This document shows, piece after piece, positions 39,294 to 50,297 of a stretch of 64,000 bases of DNA; the first letter of the stretch is position 1, and each line of letters begins with the position of its first letter. The translations under genes were made by a program, and so were the position numbers. Origin of the DNA: Candidatus Latescibacterota bacterium (GTDB lineage: Bacteria; Latescibacterota; UBA2968); the NCBI GenBank assembly GCA_965204745.1, contig OZ242010.1:3552001-3616000 (forward strand). The letters are read 5' to 3'. The notes under the pieces were generated by a model. It saw only the letters and a program-made list of their open reading frames with translations. It made no database searches and had not been told where the DNA came from.

Positions 39294-42200
39294 TGCCATC
39301 GCGCCAACGCCGCAGGGGAACCGCGCCGCTCCAAACCCGTCTCGCGCTCCATCGCTTTATCTGCCGAGAGTTTGGCTATGACGACATGGGCGCGATGCTC
39401 GAGAGAACGCGCTATGCCCAAGGAACGCACGCCTCGGGCCGGGAGAGCGACTACGCCCAATCCCTGTACCCGCATCCGGCAAATGCCCGCGTACCTGCGG
39501 ATCAATTCGCCGACTACGACGCCAATATCGCCACGCACAGCAACAAGCTGCGAATCACAGAGGAACACGGGCGCACGTGGAAACCCCACCAATACCTCGC
39601 CCTGTTGTTCACCGAACACTACTTGCGCCGGTATTTCGACGACCCCGAAGCCCTGTGCGCGGACCTCAACCGGGAAAAGGCCATGTATCGCCCGACCTGG
39701 GACATGCCGGATTACGAAGCGGACGACCTGCACACGCTCGCCTTTCAAAGCGCGACCGGATCCGGGAAGACGCTCCTCATGCACGCCAACATCTTGCAAT
39801 ACCGGCATTATCTCAATCGCGCGGGCAGGCGGTTAAACAACATCGTACTGGTCACGCCAAACGAGCAACTGTCCATGCAACACGAGCGCGAGATGCGACA
39901 AAGCGGGTTGCGGGCGCGGCTGTTTTCCAGTGAGGCGCGTTCCGATTTGCTCGCGCCGGTGGAAATTATCGACTTGAACAAGTTGGCAGAGAAGAAGGGG
40001 GTGAAGCGCGTTGCCGTGGCGGATTTTGGCGACGACAATCTCGTGCTGGTCGATGAAGGGCATCTGGGCGCGTCTGGCAAGGTTTGGCGCGAACGCCGCC
40101 GGGAGTTGGCGAGCGGGGGCTTTGCGTTTGAATACTCGGCGACCTTCAACCAAGTGGCGGGCCGAGATGCGGATTTGCTCGACGCTTATGGCAAGTGCCT
40201 GTTGTTCGACTACGCGTACCGCCGGTTCTACGCGGACGGGTACGGCAAGGACTACGCGATTTTGAACCTGCCGGGCGGGGTGAAGGACGAGAACAGCGAT
40301 ATGTACTTGCTCGGCTGCTTGCTGACCTTTTACCAGCAATGCCGCATCTATCGGGACAAGGGCGCGCTGTGGAAGGCGTTTAACCCGGCCAAGCCCCTGT
40401 GGGTGTTCTTGGGCAAGACCGTGATCGGATCGAGCAAGGCGGATCGAGCGACCCGCTCCGATGTGGTCCGCATCCTGACCTTTCTCGGCTGGGTGCTCGC
40501 CCACGCCGACATGGTGCGGCCCATGATCGACCGCTTGTTGGGCGGGCAATCGGGCTTGATGGACGACGCGGGCCGCGATTATTTTGCGGGCCGGTTTTCC
40601 CACCTGCCGCGCGGGGAAGACCTGTACGCGGATTTGTGCGAGACCTTGTTCCACGGGCCGGGGCGGTTGTCCGTGGCCTATCTGACCGCTGCCGAGGGCG
40701 AATTGCACCTCCGCACCGCAGACAACGATCCCTTTGGCGTGGTCAATGTCGGAGATTCGACCAAGCTCTACGGGTTGCTCGCGGATAATCCCAATCCTGA
40801 TTTCGACGTCGAGCGGGAGATGGGCTTTGCAACGCGCCTGTTCGCCCATGTGGATCGCCCGGATTCGACCGTGAACATCGTCATTGGCGCGCGGCGTTTT
40901 ATCGCGGGGTGGAACTCATGGCGCGTGAGCACGATGGGGCTGATGCACGTCGGGGTGCGCGAAGGGCCGGAAATCATCCAAATGTTCGGGCGCGGCGTGC
41001 GCCTCAAGGGCTATGCCATGAGCTTGAAGCGGCACAGGGAAACCGGGGTGATGCCGCCCGGGAACAGCGCGGAATTGGCAGAACTGGAAAAGCTGTACAT
41101 CTTTGGGTTGCGCGCCAACTACATGCAGACGTTTCGGGAGTTGCTCGCAAAAGAGGGGATGGGCATCGAGCGAGAGACCTTTCGCTTGCCCATCACTTGG
41201 AATTTTGCCAAGAAGACGGATTTGAAGCTGATCCGCCTCAAGGAAGATCGGCAATACGACCTTTCCGATGAACGGCCCCGTTTACCCGGGCCGGACGATG
41301 AGGACCGCCCGGTTGTGGTGCTGGATCTGTACTCGCGGCTTCAATCCGTCGCATCCAGTGACCACGCGGCCCAAGGGGGAACGCCAAAACAGAAGGTTAG
41401 CCTCGCGCCCTACGCTATGTTTTTTAACGCGGGGCGCATTTACGAGCGCGTGTTGCGGCGCAAGCGACAAAAGGGCTGGCAAAATCTGGTCATCGTGCGG
41501 GGGACCGTGGCGCGCCTCTTGCAAAGCGATGCGTGGTACGAACTCTATCTGCCGCAGGATCGACGCCCTGCCATGGCGTTTGAGCAGGTGCGCGACTTGG
41601 AGGATATCGCCGTCGATCTGATCGCGGAATACGCCGATGTGTTTTACCGCAGGCAGCGCAGGCGTTGGGAACACGGCGAGATCGAGGTCGTCACCCTAAC
41701 CGAGGATGATCCGAACAATGCCGCGACCTACGAACTGTCCGTCGATGCGACCGAGGCGCAGTTGGTCAAGGATGCACGCGATCTGGCGGACGCGATTGGG
41801 GAAGGCCGGGGGCCGGATTTGAAATACTGGTACCGCGAGTTGAAGATCGGCACCATCCAGGCAAACGCCCACGCCTATCGCCCGCTGCTCTACGCGGAAA
41901 AGGAGCGCGTCATCGCGGTTCAACCCGTTCCCTTAGACGAGCACGAAAGGCGCGTTGTCGAAGAACTAGAAGTACTCGCCCGGAACCGCGATCCCTGTTT
42001 GCACGGCAAGGAGTTGTTTTTGATCCGCAATCTGACGCAGGGCCGGGGCGTGTCGTTTTTTGATGATTTTGGTTATTACCCGGATTTCATCGTCTGGTTG
42101 AAAGACGATGTTCTCCAGCACGTCTTGTTTCTCGATCCAAAGGGATTGAGCCGGTTTGGCGAACGAGAACGCAGAAAGGTGTTGTTGCACCGCGAGATCG

Positions 42201-42391
42201 CACAGGTCGAAAAACGGGTGCGAGACGAAGACCCGAATTTGCGATTGCGCGCTTTTGTGTTGTCCGTTACGCCGCCCACAAAAATTGGCGATAGCGGGCG
42301 TTCTGCCCCTGACTGGAAAGCAGATGGGGTTTATTTTTTGGACGAGCGCGATTGTTTGAAGCAGGTTATCGAACACGCGCTCGGCGAGTGA
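39293..42391 (+). CDS. res: Type III restriction enzyme Res subunit (SF2 helicase plus PD-(D/E)XK nuclease)
   Basis: ATGSGKT, LVDEGH, YSATF and Q.FGRGVR helicase motifs; YYPDFIVW...FLDPKG nuclease motif. Confidence 0.88.
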   Translation: MPSRQRRRGTAPLQTRLALHRFICREFGYDDMGAMLERTRYAQGTHASGRESDYAQSLYPHPANARVPADQFADYDANIATHSNKLRITEEHGRTWKPHQYLALLFTEHYLRRYFDDPEALCADLNREKAMYRPTWDMPDYEADDLHTLAFQSATGSGKTLLMHANILQYRHYLNRAGRRLNNIVLVTPNEQLSMQHEREMRQSGLRARLFSSEARSDLLAPVEIIDLNKLAEKKGVKRVAVADFGDDNLVLVDEGHLGASGKVWRERRRELASGGFAFEYSATFNQVAGRDADLLDAYGKCLLFDYAYRRFYADGYGKDYAILNLPGGVKDENSDMYLLGCLLTFYQQCRIYRDKGALWKAFNPAKPLWVFLGKTVIGSSKADRATRSDVVRILTFLGWVLAHADMVRPMIDRLLGGQSGLMDDAGRDYFAGRFSHLPRGEDLYADLCETLFHGPGRLSVAYLTAAEGELHLRTADNDPFGVVNVGDSTKLYGLLADNPNPDFDVEREMGFATRLFAHVDRPDSTVNIVIGARRFIAGWNSWRVSTMGLMHVGVREGPEIIQMFGRGVRLKGYAMSLKRHRETGVMPPGNSAELAELEKLYIFGLRANYMQTFRELLAKEGMGIERETFRLPITWNFAKKTDLKLIRLKEDRQYDLSDERPRLPGPDDEDRPVVVLDLYSRLQSVASSDHAAQGGTPKQKVSLAPYAMFFNAGRIYERVLRRKRQKGWQNLVIVRGTVARLLQSDAWYELYLPQDRRPAMAFEQVRDLEDIAVDLIAEYADVFYRRQRRRWEHGEIEVVTLTEDDPNNAATYELSVDATEAQLVKDARDLADAIGEGRGPDLKYWYRELKIGTIQANAHAYRPLLYAEKERVIAVQPVPLDEHERRVVEELEVLARNRDPCLHGKELFLIRNLTQGRGVSFFDDFGYYPDFIVWLKDDVLQHVLFLDPKGLSRFGERERRKVLLHREIAQVEKRVRDEDPNLRLRAFVLSVTPPTKIGDSGRSAPDWKADGVYFLDERDCLKQVIEHALGE

Positions 42392-42403
42392 TTGGAGGAA
42401 GCG

Positions 42404-43087
42404 ATGACGAGAAAGTTCTTCTCGGTTGCGCTGATCGCGGTGTTGGTCGGCTGTGGAACTATGGCGAATCAGGACGCCATGCCAGAGGATTTTGTCGTGG
42501 TGAATGAGGCGATTCCGTCCGCGCTGTTTGAGATTCGGTATTTTACGGACGACAATTTTCTCGGCACAAAAGTGGATGGGTATGAAAAGCCGTTTTGCGT
42601 GCTCTCGGCGCAGGCGAGCGCGGCGTTGGCCCAGGTGCAACGAGACGTGCAACAACGGGGATACACGCTCAAAATTTTCGATTGTTACCGCCCGCAGCGG
42701 GCCGTGGATCACTTCGTGCGCTGGGTGCAGGATGTGGCGGATCAGCGCGCAAAAGCGGAATATTATCCGAATGAGGACAAAGCGCGGTTGATCGAAAAGG
42801 GGTATATTGCAGATCGGTCCGGGCACAGTCGGGGCAGCACATTGGATTTGACATTGGCCCGAACCTCCGATGGCGCGGAGTTGGACATGGGAACGCCGTT
42901 TGATTATTTCGATACCCTGTCCAACACCGCGGATCCGCGCATTGCAGAAGCGCAAAAAAACAACCGCCTGTTGCTGAAAACCGCGATGGAAAACCACGGA
43001 TTTGTCAATTACGACAAGGAGTGGTGGCATTACACGTTGCGCGACGAACCGCATCCGGACACGTATTTTGATTTTCCCGTGAAATAG
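42404..43087 (+). CDS. D-alanyl-D-alanine dipeptidase (VanX/DdpX, peptidase M15D), probable lipoprotein
   Basis: DCYRPQ, SGHSRGSTLDLT, DMGTPFD and EWWHY motifs; LVGC lipobox. Confidence 0.9.
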   Translation: MTRKFFSVALIAVLVGCGTMANQDAMPEDFVVVNEAIPSALFEIRYFTDDNFLGTKVDGYEKPFCVLSAQASAALAQVQRDVQQRGYTLKIFDCYRPQRAVDHFVRWVQDVADQRAKAEYYPNEDKARLIEKGYIADRSGHSRGSTLDLTLARTSDGAELDMGTPFDYFDTLSNTADPRIAEAQKNNRLLLKTAMENHGFVNYDKEWWHYTLRDEPHPDTYFDFPVK

Positions 43088-43096
43088 GGTCAAGCA

Positions 43097-43543
43097 ATGC
43101 TCGCAAATCTATGGGAATGGCTGGTGACAGGCGTGCGGATCGCACTCGGGGAGCGCGTGCCAAAGCAGTGGATCAGCTTTGGCGGGGTGGGCGCGCTCGG
43201 CATGGCAACAGACGCGCTGCTCACCGGCATCTTGCACGGGATGATGGAATTGTCCTTCGCGCTCGCGCGGCCCTTGCCCATTCTCTTGAGCATGACGCAG
43301 AACTATTTGTTGAACAACCGATTGACATTCAACGACGCGCAACATCGCGGCGCCGCGCAACTGATCCGCGGGTGGGCCGCGTATGTCGCTTGCCAGATGG
43401 CCGGCGCAGTGGTGAACTGGAGTGGGTCCGTGGCCCTCCACTGGACGGGCCTGCCATGGCTGCTCGCCCTGTTCGTCGGGGTCGCCCTGGGCACGGTGAT
43501 CAACTTTGTGATGGCAAAGCGGTTGGTCTGGAAAGGCAGGTGA
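43097..43543 (+). CDS. GtrA-like membrane protein
   Basis: Four hydrophobic segments with F..VG, NYLLN...TF and NF...K..VW motifs. Confidence 0.8.
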   Translation: MLANLWEWLVTGVRIALGERVPKQWISFGGVGALGMATDALLTGILHGMMELSFALARPLPILLSMTQNYLLNNRLTFNDAQHRGAAQLIRGWAAYVACQMAGAVVNWSGSVALHWTGLPWLLALFVGVALGTVINFVMAKRLVWKGR

Positions 43544-43615
43544 GAGGCAAGGCGTAAGAGGTAAGACGCAAGAGGGGAGAGGGGAGACGCAAGAGGCAAG
43601 ATACTCTCTTAAAGG

Positions 43616-44623
43616 TCAAGGGGATTGCGGGGCGATTCGATAGAATTTCTCGCCCTCAAAATCTTGGTCATGCCGCAACATGCCCCAGATTGAATGGAGC
43701 AACTTTCGCATCACCGCAACGATAGCCTGCAAAGGTTTCTTGCCGCGGGCAATGAGTTGGTCATAGAAGGCTTTGACATGGACTTCGTGTCTGATGGCCA
43801 CCCAGGCAGGCATATAGAGGGCATGGCGGAGGTACTTATTCCCGGTTTTCGAGATGCGTCTTTGTGGGTTGGCGGTTCCGGATTGTTTGGGTTTGGGATC
43901 CAGGCCTGCATGTGCGACCCACTGGGGCGGTTGCATCTCCTCAGGCAAAAGGGTCAACTCGGCCAAGAGCCGCAAGGCGCTCGTTTGTGCGATGCCAGGC
44001 GTCGAGCAGAGGCGTTGGTAGGCGCGCTTGAGGGTCTCATCGTGCAAAACGAGATCGAGGGCTTGGTCTTCCAAGTATGCAATCCGGCGTTTGAGGTGTC
44101 GAATATTCACCTGAATATCGCGTGCGATGCGCCGTGTGCTCAGGATGTGGTAGCTTTGCGCGTGGTTGCGGCTCTGTTCACTGATGATCACCTGCTTGAG
44201 TTGGTCAATGCGTCTGGTGAGGGCTTGCAGTTGAAGCCGTTGCTCACTCGGCGCTTGCCAAGGCACAAACGGCATGCGCTCGGCATAATCCATGATCAAC
44301 AACGCATCCTTCGCATCCGTCTTGGCTCGTTGCATGCGGGCTTGACCGTACTTGCTCATCGCTTTGGGATTGACGACCATGACCTTTGTGTGGCGATGCC
44401 GATGCAAGGCCAAGGCCACCCCCAAGCTGTAAAGCCCGGTCGCTTCGAGGCACACAGAGACCATGTGCCCGCCCTTGGTGAGCCACTTCAGCAACCGCTT
44501 ATGGGCTTGGGGATCATTGGCAAAGGTCGCTTGCATGACAGCTTGTCCGGGTCTGGACAGGGCAACAGACAACGTGCGGGCACTGACATCAATGCCGGCG
44601 AAAGCGGGTTGAGATTTCGACAT
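43616..44623 (-). CDS. IS110 family recombinase/transposase
   Basis: 335 aa with DEDD and QSG motifs; close variant of copy 1. Confidence 0.95.
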   Translation of the reverse strand: MSKSQPAFAGIDVSARTLSVALSRPGQAVMQATFANDPQAHKRLLKWLTKGGHMVSVCLEATGLYSLGVALALHRHRHTKVMVVNPKAMSKYGQARMQRAKTDAKDALLIMDYAERMPFVPWQAPSEQRLQLQALTRRIDQLKQVIISEQSRNHAQSYHILSTRRIARDIQVNIRHLKRRIAYLEDQALDLVLHDETLKRAYQRLCSTPGIAQTSALRLLAELTLLPEEMQPPQWVAHAGLDPKPKQSGTANPQRRISKTGNKYLRHALYMPAWVAIRHEVHVKAFYDQLIARGKKPLQAIVAVMRKLLHSIWGMLRHDQDFEGEKFYRIAPQSP

Positions 44624-44695
44624 GGGGGCCTCCTGTGATGAGGGGTTGTAAGGGGTCTGGTGTGCGCTCGAGTTCGATCCCGACCATTGACGCCA

Positions 44696-44873
44696 AGTCT
44701 ACCGGTCTTGTATATGCAGCCTCAAGGGACTTAGATACTCTTCGGCATAGACCCGGCGGTCGGGGGGCCTATCTTACCTACAAGGTCATCGCCTTCAAGA
44801 GGGGCCGGCCTTCCCCGAGCCGGGCATCAAGATGGCTTATCTCGATACGAGGGCGCAACTCCTAATTAACCCT
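44696..44873 (-). ncRNA. Predicted bridge RNA of IS110 copy 2
   Basis: Same four guide segments as copy 1; the left target guide is at 44798-44806. Confidence 0.8.
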
Positions 44874-45112
44874 TACTTCCAAGATACAAGAGGGGAGACG
44901 CAAGAGGGGAGAGGGGTGGCCTTCTCACGTCTTGCCTCTCACCTCTCACTTTTTTGGGGTGGCCTTCTCACGTCTTGCCTCTCACCTCTCACCTTTTTGG
45001 GCGATGTCCCCGTGCTCGCCTGAAGACGCGAAAAGGCGAAAGGCAACTGCTGATAAACACAGATGAACGCGAATGGCGAGGTATCCGTTCAACCACTTAT
45101 TTGAGGTATATT

Positions 45113-45361
45113 ATGGCACTTACAAAACGCGCACAATTACTGATGGAACCCGACGACTATCAACAACTCGTGCATATTGCACAATACGAGCAGATTTCAG
45201 TGGCTGAGTTAATCCGAACGGCTGTCCGAGAGCGATATTTGACACAGCCCAAAAAGCCGGAAGAACTGGTTGAAGCAATTTGTGCAATGAATTTAGAGGT
45301 CATCGATTGGGAATCGCTAGAGGCAGATATAACGGAGGCCCACGGTGAGAGCCTTTCTTGA
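45113..45361 (+). CDS. Antitoxin (ribbon-helix-helix/CopG-like, VapB)
   Basis: KRAQLL.......L...A......S.AELIR.AV motif. Overlaps the PIN toxin gene. Confidence 0.75.
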   Translation: MALTKRAQLLMEPDDYQQLVHIAQYEQISVAELIRTAVRERYLTQPKKPEELVEAICAMNLEVIDWESLEADITEAHGESLS

Positions 45362-45773
45362 TACCAATATTTTTCTGTACGCAGCAGGGACAGACCATCC
45401 ACTTCGCGCCTCCTGTCAAGATATTTTGCATTGGTGTAGCCGAGGCATATTAGAGGCGACAACAAATGCGGAAGTTGTGCAGGAAATTCTCTATGTGTTG
45501 CACCGGCGAGGGGAGGTCGCAGGCGCGCCTGCATTGTCTCGTCACATCTTAAATTTGTATCCCAATTTGATTGCCGTGACGCATACAGATATGTTACAAG
45601 CGTGCAATTTGTTGGCGAAATATCCAAATCTACCTGTTCGGGATGCTGTGCATGCAGCCACAGCCTTAAACAATGATATCCAGAATGTGATTAGTGCAGA
45701 TCGACACTTTGATCAAATTGAAAATTTGCACCGAGTAGATCCACTTGATGTGGCAAAGGTTTGGGAATTATGA
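45345..45773 (+). CDS. vapC: VapC-type PIN domain toxin
   Basis: FLDTNIFLYA, V.QE, RDAVHAATA and SADRHFD motifs. Confidence 0.9.
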   Translation: MRAFLDTNIFLYAAGTDHPLRASCQDILHWCSRGILEATTNAEVVQEILYVLHRRGEVAGAPALSRHILNLYPNLIAVTHTDMLQACNLLAKYPNLPVRDAVHAATALNNDIQNVISADRHFDQIENLHRVDPLDVAKVWEL

Positions 45774-45827
45774 AATATCAGTTTGCAATTAGCGCGTGTT
45801 TGTGCCACTCATCTTCTCACTTTCACC

Positions 45828-46391
45828 ATGCCCTTTGAATTTATCCCCCTGGACATACCCGCTGTTATCCTCGTGCGGGCGACGCGGTTTTTGGATGATC
45901 GCGGGTTTTTTGTGGAAACGTACAGGCGCGAGGACTTCGCCGCGCATGGCATTGCGGAGTCCTTTGTGCAAGACAATTACTCGCGGTCCGTGCGCGGGGT
46001 GTTGCGCGGGTTGCACTATCAGAAAGACCCGCACGCGCAGGGCAAGATCATTCAGGTGCTCAACGGCGAAATGTACGATGTTGCCGTGGATCTGCGCCGA
46101 GGAGCGCCCACGTACGGGCAGTGGGTCGGGATGCGGCTCTCCGATGCGCGGTCCGAACTGTTGTACGTGCCGCCGGGGTTTGCACACGGCTTTTGCGTTT
46201 TGAGCGAAGTCGCGGATTTCACGTACAAATGCACGGATATTTACGCGCCCGAAACCTATCGCGGCATCGCTTGGGACGACCCGGACTTGGGCATTCCATG
46301 GCCCGTCAAAAACCCCATCCTTTCCCAACGCGACCAAAACCTGCCCCGGTTCAAAGACGCGGACAACAATTTCATTTTTCGAGGACCATAG
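45828..46391 (+). CDS. rfbC: dTDP-4-dehydrorhamnose 3,5-epimerase
   Basis: D.RGFF.E, FVQDN.S.S..GVLRGLHYQ, DVAVDLR, GFAHGF and WDDPDLGIPWP motifs. Confidence 0.95.
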   Translation: MPFEFIPLDIPAVILVRATRFLDDRGFFVETYRREDFAAHGIAESFVQDNYSRSVRGVLRGLHYQKDPHAQGKIIQVLNGEMYDVAVDLRRGAPTYGQWVGMRLSDARSELLYVPPGFAHGFCVLSEVADFTYKCTDIYAPETYRGIAWDDPDLGIPWPVKNPILSQRDQNLPRFKDADNNFIFRGP

Positions 46392-49300
46392 ATGATCCTG
46401 AAGCATTTCTTTCGCACCTCCGGCCTTTCTCCCGCGCAACAACGCAGCCTGATCCAGTCGGCAAAACAATGCGTCTCCGCGCGCATTCGAGACATCCAAA
46501 CCGAAGCCTGTTTCAACATCCAAACCCGCTCCCCCCTCTCTGCGGAACAGCAAACCCGCCTCGCGTATTTGCTCTCTGAAACCTTTGAACCGGACCAGTT
46601 TGCAGAACAGTCCTTCCTCGCCGGCGACGGGACGCTCCTCGAAGTGGGGCCGCGCCTGAATTTTTCCACGGCTTGGTCGACCAATGCCGTGGCGATCTGC
46701 CACGCCTGTGGCCTCGCGCAAGTGGTGCGCGTGGAGCGGTCGCGGCGGTATCTCATCACCCCCACCCTCGCCCCACAACAACAACGCGCGTTTTTGGCAT
46801 TGGTCCACGACCGCATGACCGAATGCCCGTATCCCGAACCCCTCGCGTCTTTTGAATCCGATGCAAAACCCGAACCCGTGTTCGAGATTCCCCTCATCCA
46901 AGAAGGCCGCCGCGCATTGGAGGAAATCAACCGCGCGATGGGCCTCGCGTTCGACGATTGGGACCTCGATTATTATGCGGACCTCTTCCTCGATCAAATC
47001 AGACGCAATCCCACGCAAGTCGAATGTTTTGACATCGCCCAGTCCAACAGCGAACACTGCCGGCACTGGTTCTTCAAAGGTCGCCTCATCATCGACGACG
47101 AGGCAATGCCCGAGCACCTCATCGCCCTCATTCAATCGCCCCTCAAAGCCAATCCCAACAACAGCACCATCGCCTTTCGGGACAATTCCAGCGCGATTCG
47201 CGGGTATCCGATTCGCACCCTCATCCCCACGCGCATTGGCAAGCCGTCGGCATTCGCGCTCTTTGACCGTGCGTACGACATCCTCTTCACCGCAGAAACG
47301 CACAACTTCCCCTCGGGCGTGGCGCCGTTTCCCGGCGCGGAAACCGGCACGGGCGGGCGCATCCGAGACGTGCAGGCCACGGGCCGAGGCGCGCTCGTCA
47401 TCGCGGGCACCGCCGCGTACTGTGTGGGCAATTTGTACGTGCCGGGCTATGACCTGCCGTGGGAAAACCCCGAATTTCAGTACCCGGACAATCTCGCGTC
47501 CCCGCTGCAAATCGCCATCGAAGCCAGCAATGGCGCGTCTGATTACGGCAACAAATTCGGCGAACCCCTCATCCAAGGCTACGTGCGATCCTACGGCGCG
47601 CGCCTGCCCAATGGCGAGCGCAGGGAATGGCTCAAGCCCATCATGTTCAGCGGCGGCATCGGGCAGATGGATGCGCGACACGCGGAAAAAGGCGCGCCTG
47701 CGCCCGAGATGCTCGTCGCCAAACTCGGCGGCCCGGCCTATCGCATCGGCATGGGCGGGGGCGCCGCGTCGAGCATGGTGCAGGGCGAAAACGAAGCCGA
47801 ACTCGATTTCAACGCCGTGCAACGCGGCGATGCCGAAATGGAACAAAAGCTCAACCGCGTGATTCGCGCGTGCGTGGAACTCGGGGATCAAAATCCCATC
47901 GTCAGCATCCACGACCAAGGCGCCGGGGGCAACTGCAATGTGATCAAGGAACTCGTCAGTCCGGCAGGCGCGCGCATCGACATTCGCGCCATCCCCGTGG
48001 GCGACGAGACCCTGTCCGCGCTCGAAATTTGGGGCGCGGAATACCAGGAAAACAACGCCTTGCTCATCCGCCCGGATCACGCCCAACGCTTTGACGCCCT
48101 CTGCGAACGCGAAAAAGTTCCCCATGCGTACATCGGCAAAGTGACCGGCGACGGGCGCGTGGTGGTCTATGACCGCCGGGACGACAGCGTGCCTGTCGAC
48201 TTCGACCTCGACCACGTCTTGGGCGAGATGCCGCAAAAGCCCTTCAAACTCGACCGGTTTCCCATCCGCACGGAACCGCTCGTTTTGCCCGAAGACCTGA
48301 CCGTCGCAGACGCCCTCGACCGCGTGGCGCGCCTCGTCTCCGTCGGGTCCAAGCGATTTCTCGCCAGCAAAGTGGATCGCAGCGTGACCGGCCTCGTCGC
48401 GCAACAGCAATGCGCGGGGCCTTTGCAACTGACCGTGGCGAATGTGGCCGTCGTGGCGCAAAGCCACTTTGGGCTGACCGGCGCGGCGACCGCGATTGGC
48501 GAACAACCGATCAAGGGCCTCATCGACCCGGGCGCGATGGCGCGCATGTGCGCGGGCGAGATGCTCACCAATATCGCGTGGGCGCGCATCAGCGCGATAG
48601 AAGACATCAAGTGCTCGGGCAACTGGATGTGGGCCGCCAAATTGCCCGGCGAAGGCGCCGCGCTCTACGACGCGGCCCACGCGCTCACGGATATTTTGCG
48701 CGCGTGGGGCATGGGCATTGACGGGGGCAAAGACAGCTTGTCGATGGCCGCGATTGCGCCGGGTGATGAGGGCGATGAAACCGTCAAAGCCCCCGGCGCG
48801 CTCGTCCTGTCCGGCTACGTCACCTGTCCGGATATCACGCAGACCGTCACCCCGGATTTGAAATATCCCGACGATGGCGTCATTTTGTACGTGGACCTCG
48901 GCGCGGACGAGCACCGCTTGGGCGGTTCCGCGCTCGCGCACGTCTATGGGCAAATAGGCGATGAGTCGCCCGACGTGGATGATCCGGCACGGGTCAAACG
49001 CGCCATAGCCGCGCTGCAATCCTGCATTGCAAACCACGCGATAGCCGCGGGTCACGACCGCAGCGACGGTGGCTTGATCACCGCGCTTTTGGAAATGGCG
49101 TATGCCGGCAACTGCGGCATCGAGATCGACCTGCACACCCGCGCCGATGCAATAGCCGCGCTCTTTTCCGAAGAACTCGGCTTGGTCTTTGAAGTGCAGT
49201 CGCAAAACCTGAAGACCGTGCGCGACATTTTTGACCGCGCCAACGCGCCCATTCAAACCCTGGGCAAAACGACCGCGAGGCCGGAGATTCGCATTTCCGT

Positions 49301-50297
49301 CAACGCGCAGCGCGTGCTCGCCGCGCCCATGCCCGCGCTGCGCGATGTGTGGGAAGCCACGAGTTTTCAACTCGAACGCCTGCAAACCAATCCGACGTGT
49401 GTCGCGCGAGAAGAAGCGTCTCTCGCCACGCGCACAGGCCCCCAATACACCGCGCCCTTCGCGCCGAAGCCCACGCCGCCTGCGGTGCTCAACGCCCGTT
49501 GCAAACCCAAAGTCGCGATTGTGCGCGAAGAGGGCAGCAATGGCGACCGCGAAATGACCTCGGCATTTTTCGCCGCGGGGTTTGAACCCTGGGATCTAAC
49601 GACGACCGATCTCCTCTCTGGCGCGATCACACTCGACCGGTTTCGCGGGCTCGCGTTTGTCGGCGGGTTCAGCTATGCAGACGTGCTCGATTCGGCCAAG
49701 GGCTGGGCCGGCGCGATCCGCTTCAATGATGGCCTGCGCGCACAGTTCGACGCGTTTTACCATCGCGCCGATACGTTCAGCTTGGGGGTGTGCAATGGTT
49801 GCCAACTGATGGCCCTGCTCGGCTGGGTGCCGTTCCCGGGGCTTGCGGATGTGGATCAACCCCGGTTTGTTCGCAACGAGTCCGGGCGGTTTGAATCCCG
49901 GTTTTCCACCGTGCAAATACAGGACGGCCCGGCGATCATGTTCAACAACATGGCCGGCGCGTCCCTGGGCTTATGGGTCGCACACGGCGAGGGCCGCGCA
50001 TTTTTCCCCCACGCCGACATCCTCTGCCGGGTCATTGCCGACAACCTCGCGCCCGCGCGCTATGTGGATGACGACAACGCCATCACCGAAGCCTATCCCT
50101 TCAACCCCAATGGATCGCCGCACGGCATCGCGGCCCTGTGCTCGCCCAATGGCCGCCACCTCGCCATGATGCCCCATCCAGAACGCGCCTTCCTCAAATG
50201 GCAATGGCCCTACATGCCCCTGCACTGGAAACGCGATCTCAAAGCGTCTCCATGGCTTCAAATGTTCCAAAACGCCCGTGCGTGGTGCGGGAAGTAA
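46392..50297 (+). CDS. purL: Phosphoribosylformylglycinamidine synthase (large single-chain PurL)
   Basis: NSEHCRH.FF, ETHNFP, GAETG.GG.IRD, IHDQGAGG, GGFSY.D, LGVCNGCQ, AHGEG and MMPHPER motifs. Confidence 0.97.
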   Translation: MILKHFFRTSGLSPAQQRSLIQSAKQCVSARIRDIQTEACFNIQTRSPLSAEQQTRLAYLLSETFEPDQFAEQSFLAGDGTLLEVGPRLNFSTAWSTNAVAICHACGLAQVVRVERSRRYLITPTLAPQQQRAFLALVHDRMTECPYPEPLASFESDAKPEPVFEIPLIQEGRRALEEINRAMGLAFDDWDLDYYADLFLDQIRRNPTQVECFDIAQSNSEHCRHWFFKGRLIIDDEAMPEHLIALIQSPLKANPNNSTIAFRDNSSAIRGYPIRTLIPTRIGKPSAFALFDRAYDILFTAETHNFPSGVAPFPGAETGTGGRIRDVQATGRGALVIAGTAAYCVGNLYVPGYDLPWENPEFQYPDNLASPLQIAIEASNGASDYGNKFGEPLIQGYVRSYGARLPNGERREWLKPIMFSGGIGQMDARHAEKGAPAPEMLVAKLGGPAYRIGMGGGAASSMVQGENEAELDFNAVQRGDAEMEQKLNRVIRACVELGDQNPIVSIHDQGAGGNCNVIKELVSPAGARIDIRAIPVGDETLSALEIWGAEYQENNALLIRPDHAQRFDALCEREKVPHAYIGKVTGDGRVVVYDRRDDSVPVDFDLDHVLGEMPQKPFKLDRFPIRTEPLVLPEDLTVADALDRVARLVSVGSKRFLASKVDRSVTGLVAQQQCAGPLQLTVANVAVVAQSHFGLTGAATAIGEQPIKGLIDPGAMARMCAGEMLTNIAWARISAIEDIKCSGNWMWAAKLPGEGAALYDAAHALTDILRAWGMGIDGGKDSLSMAAIAPGDEGDETVKAPGALVLSGYVTCPDITQTVTPDLKYPDDGVILYVDLGADEHRLGGSALAHVYGQIGDESPDVDDPARVKRAIAALQSCIANHAIAAGHDRSDGGLITALLEMAYAGNCGIEIDLHTRADAIAALFSEELGLVFEVQSQNLKTVRDIFDRANAPIQTLGKTTARPEIRISVNAQRVLAAPMPALRDVWEATSFQLERLQTNPTCVAREEASLATRTGPQYTAPFAPKPTPPAVLNARCKPKVAIVREEGSNGDREMTSAFFAAGFEPWDLTTTDLLSGAITLDRFRGLAFVGGFSYADVLDSAKGWAGAIRFNDGLRAQFDAFYHRADTFSLGVCNGCQLMALLGWVPFPGLADVDQPRFVRNESGRFESRFSTVQIQDGPAIMFNNMAGASLGLWVAHGEGRAFFPHADILCRVIADNLAPARYVDDDNAITEAYPFNPNGSPHGIAALCSPNGRHLAMMPHPERAFLKWQWPYMPLHWKRDLKASPWLQMFQNARAWCGK

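Larger units (their letters stand above)
43601..44888 (-). mobile_element. IS110-family insertion sequence, copy 2
   Basis: Cores (AG on +) at 43599-600 and 44889-90. 1288 bp. Same reconstructed target CTCCCCT-CT-TGCCTCT on the minus strand. Confidence 0.92.

Noticed and set aside
42404-43087. vanX as part of a glycopeptide resistance cluster
   Set aside because: There is no vanH, vanA, vanR or vanS nearby, and the lipoprotein signal suggests an ordinary periplasmic D,D-dipeptidase.
45789-49445. 1218-aa antisense ORF and the many other overlapping ORFs in the track
   Set aside because: These are shadow frames of high-GC genes (purL, transposases, giant protein) with no recognisable motifs.
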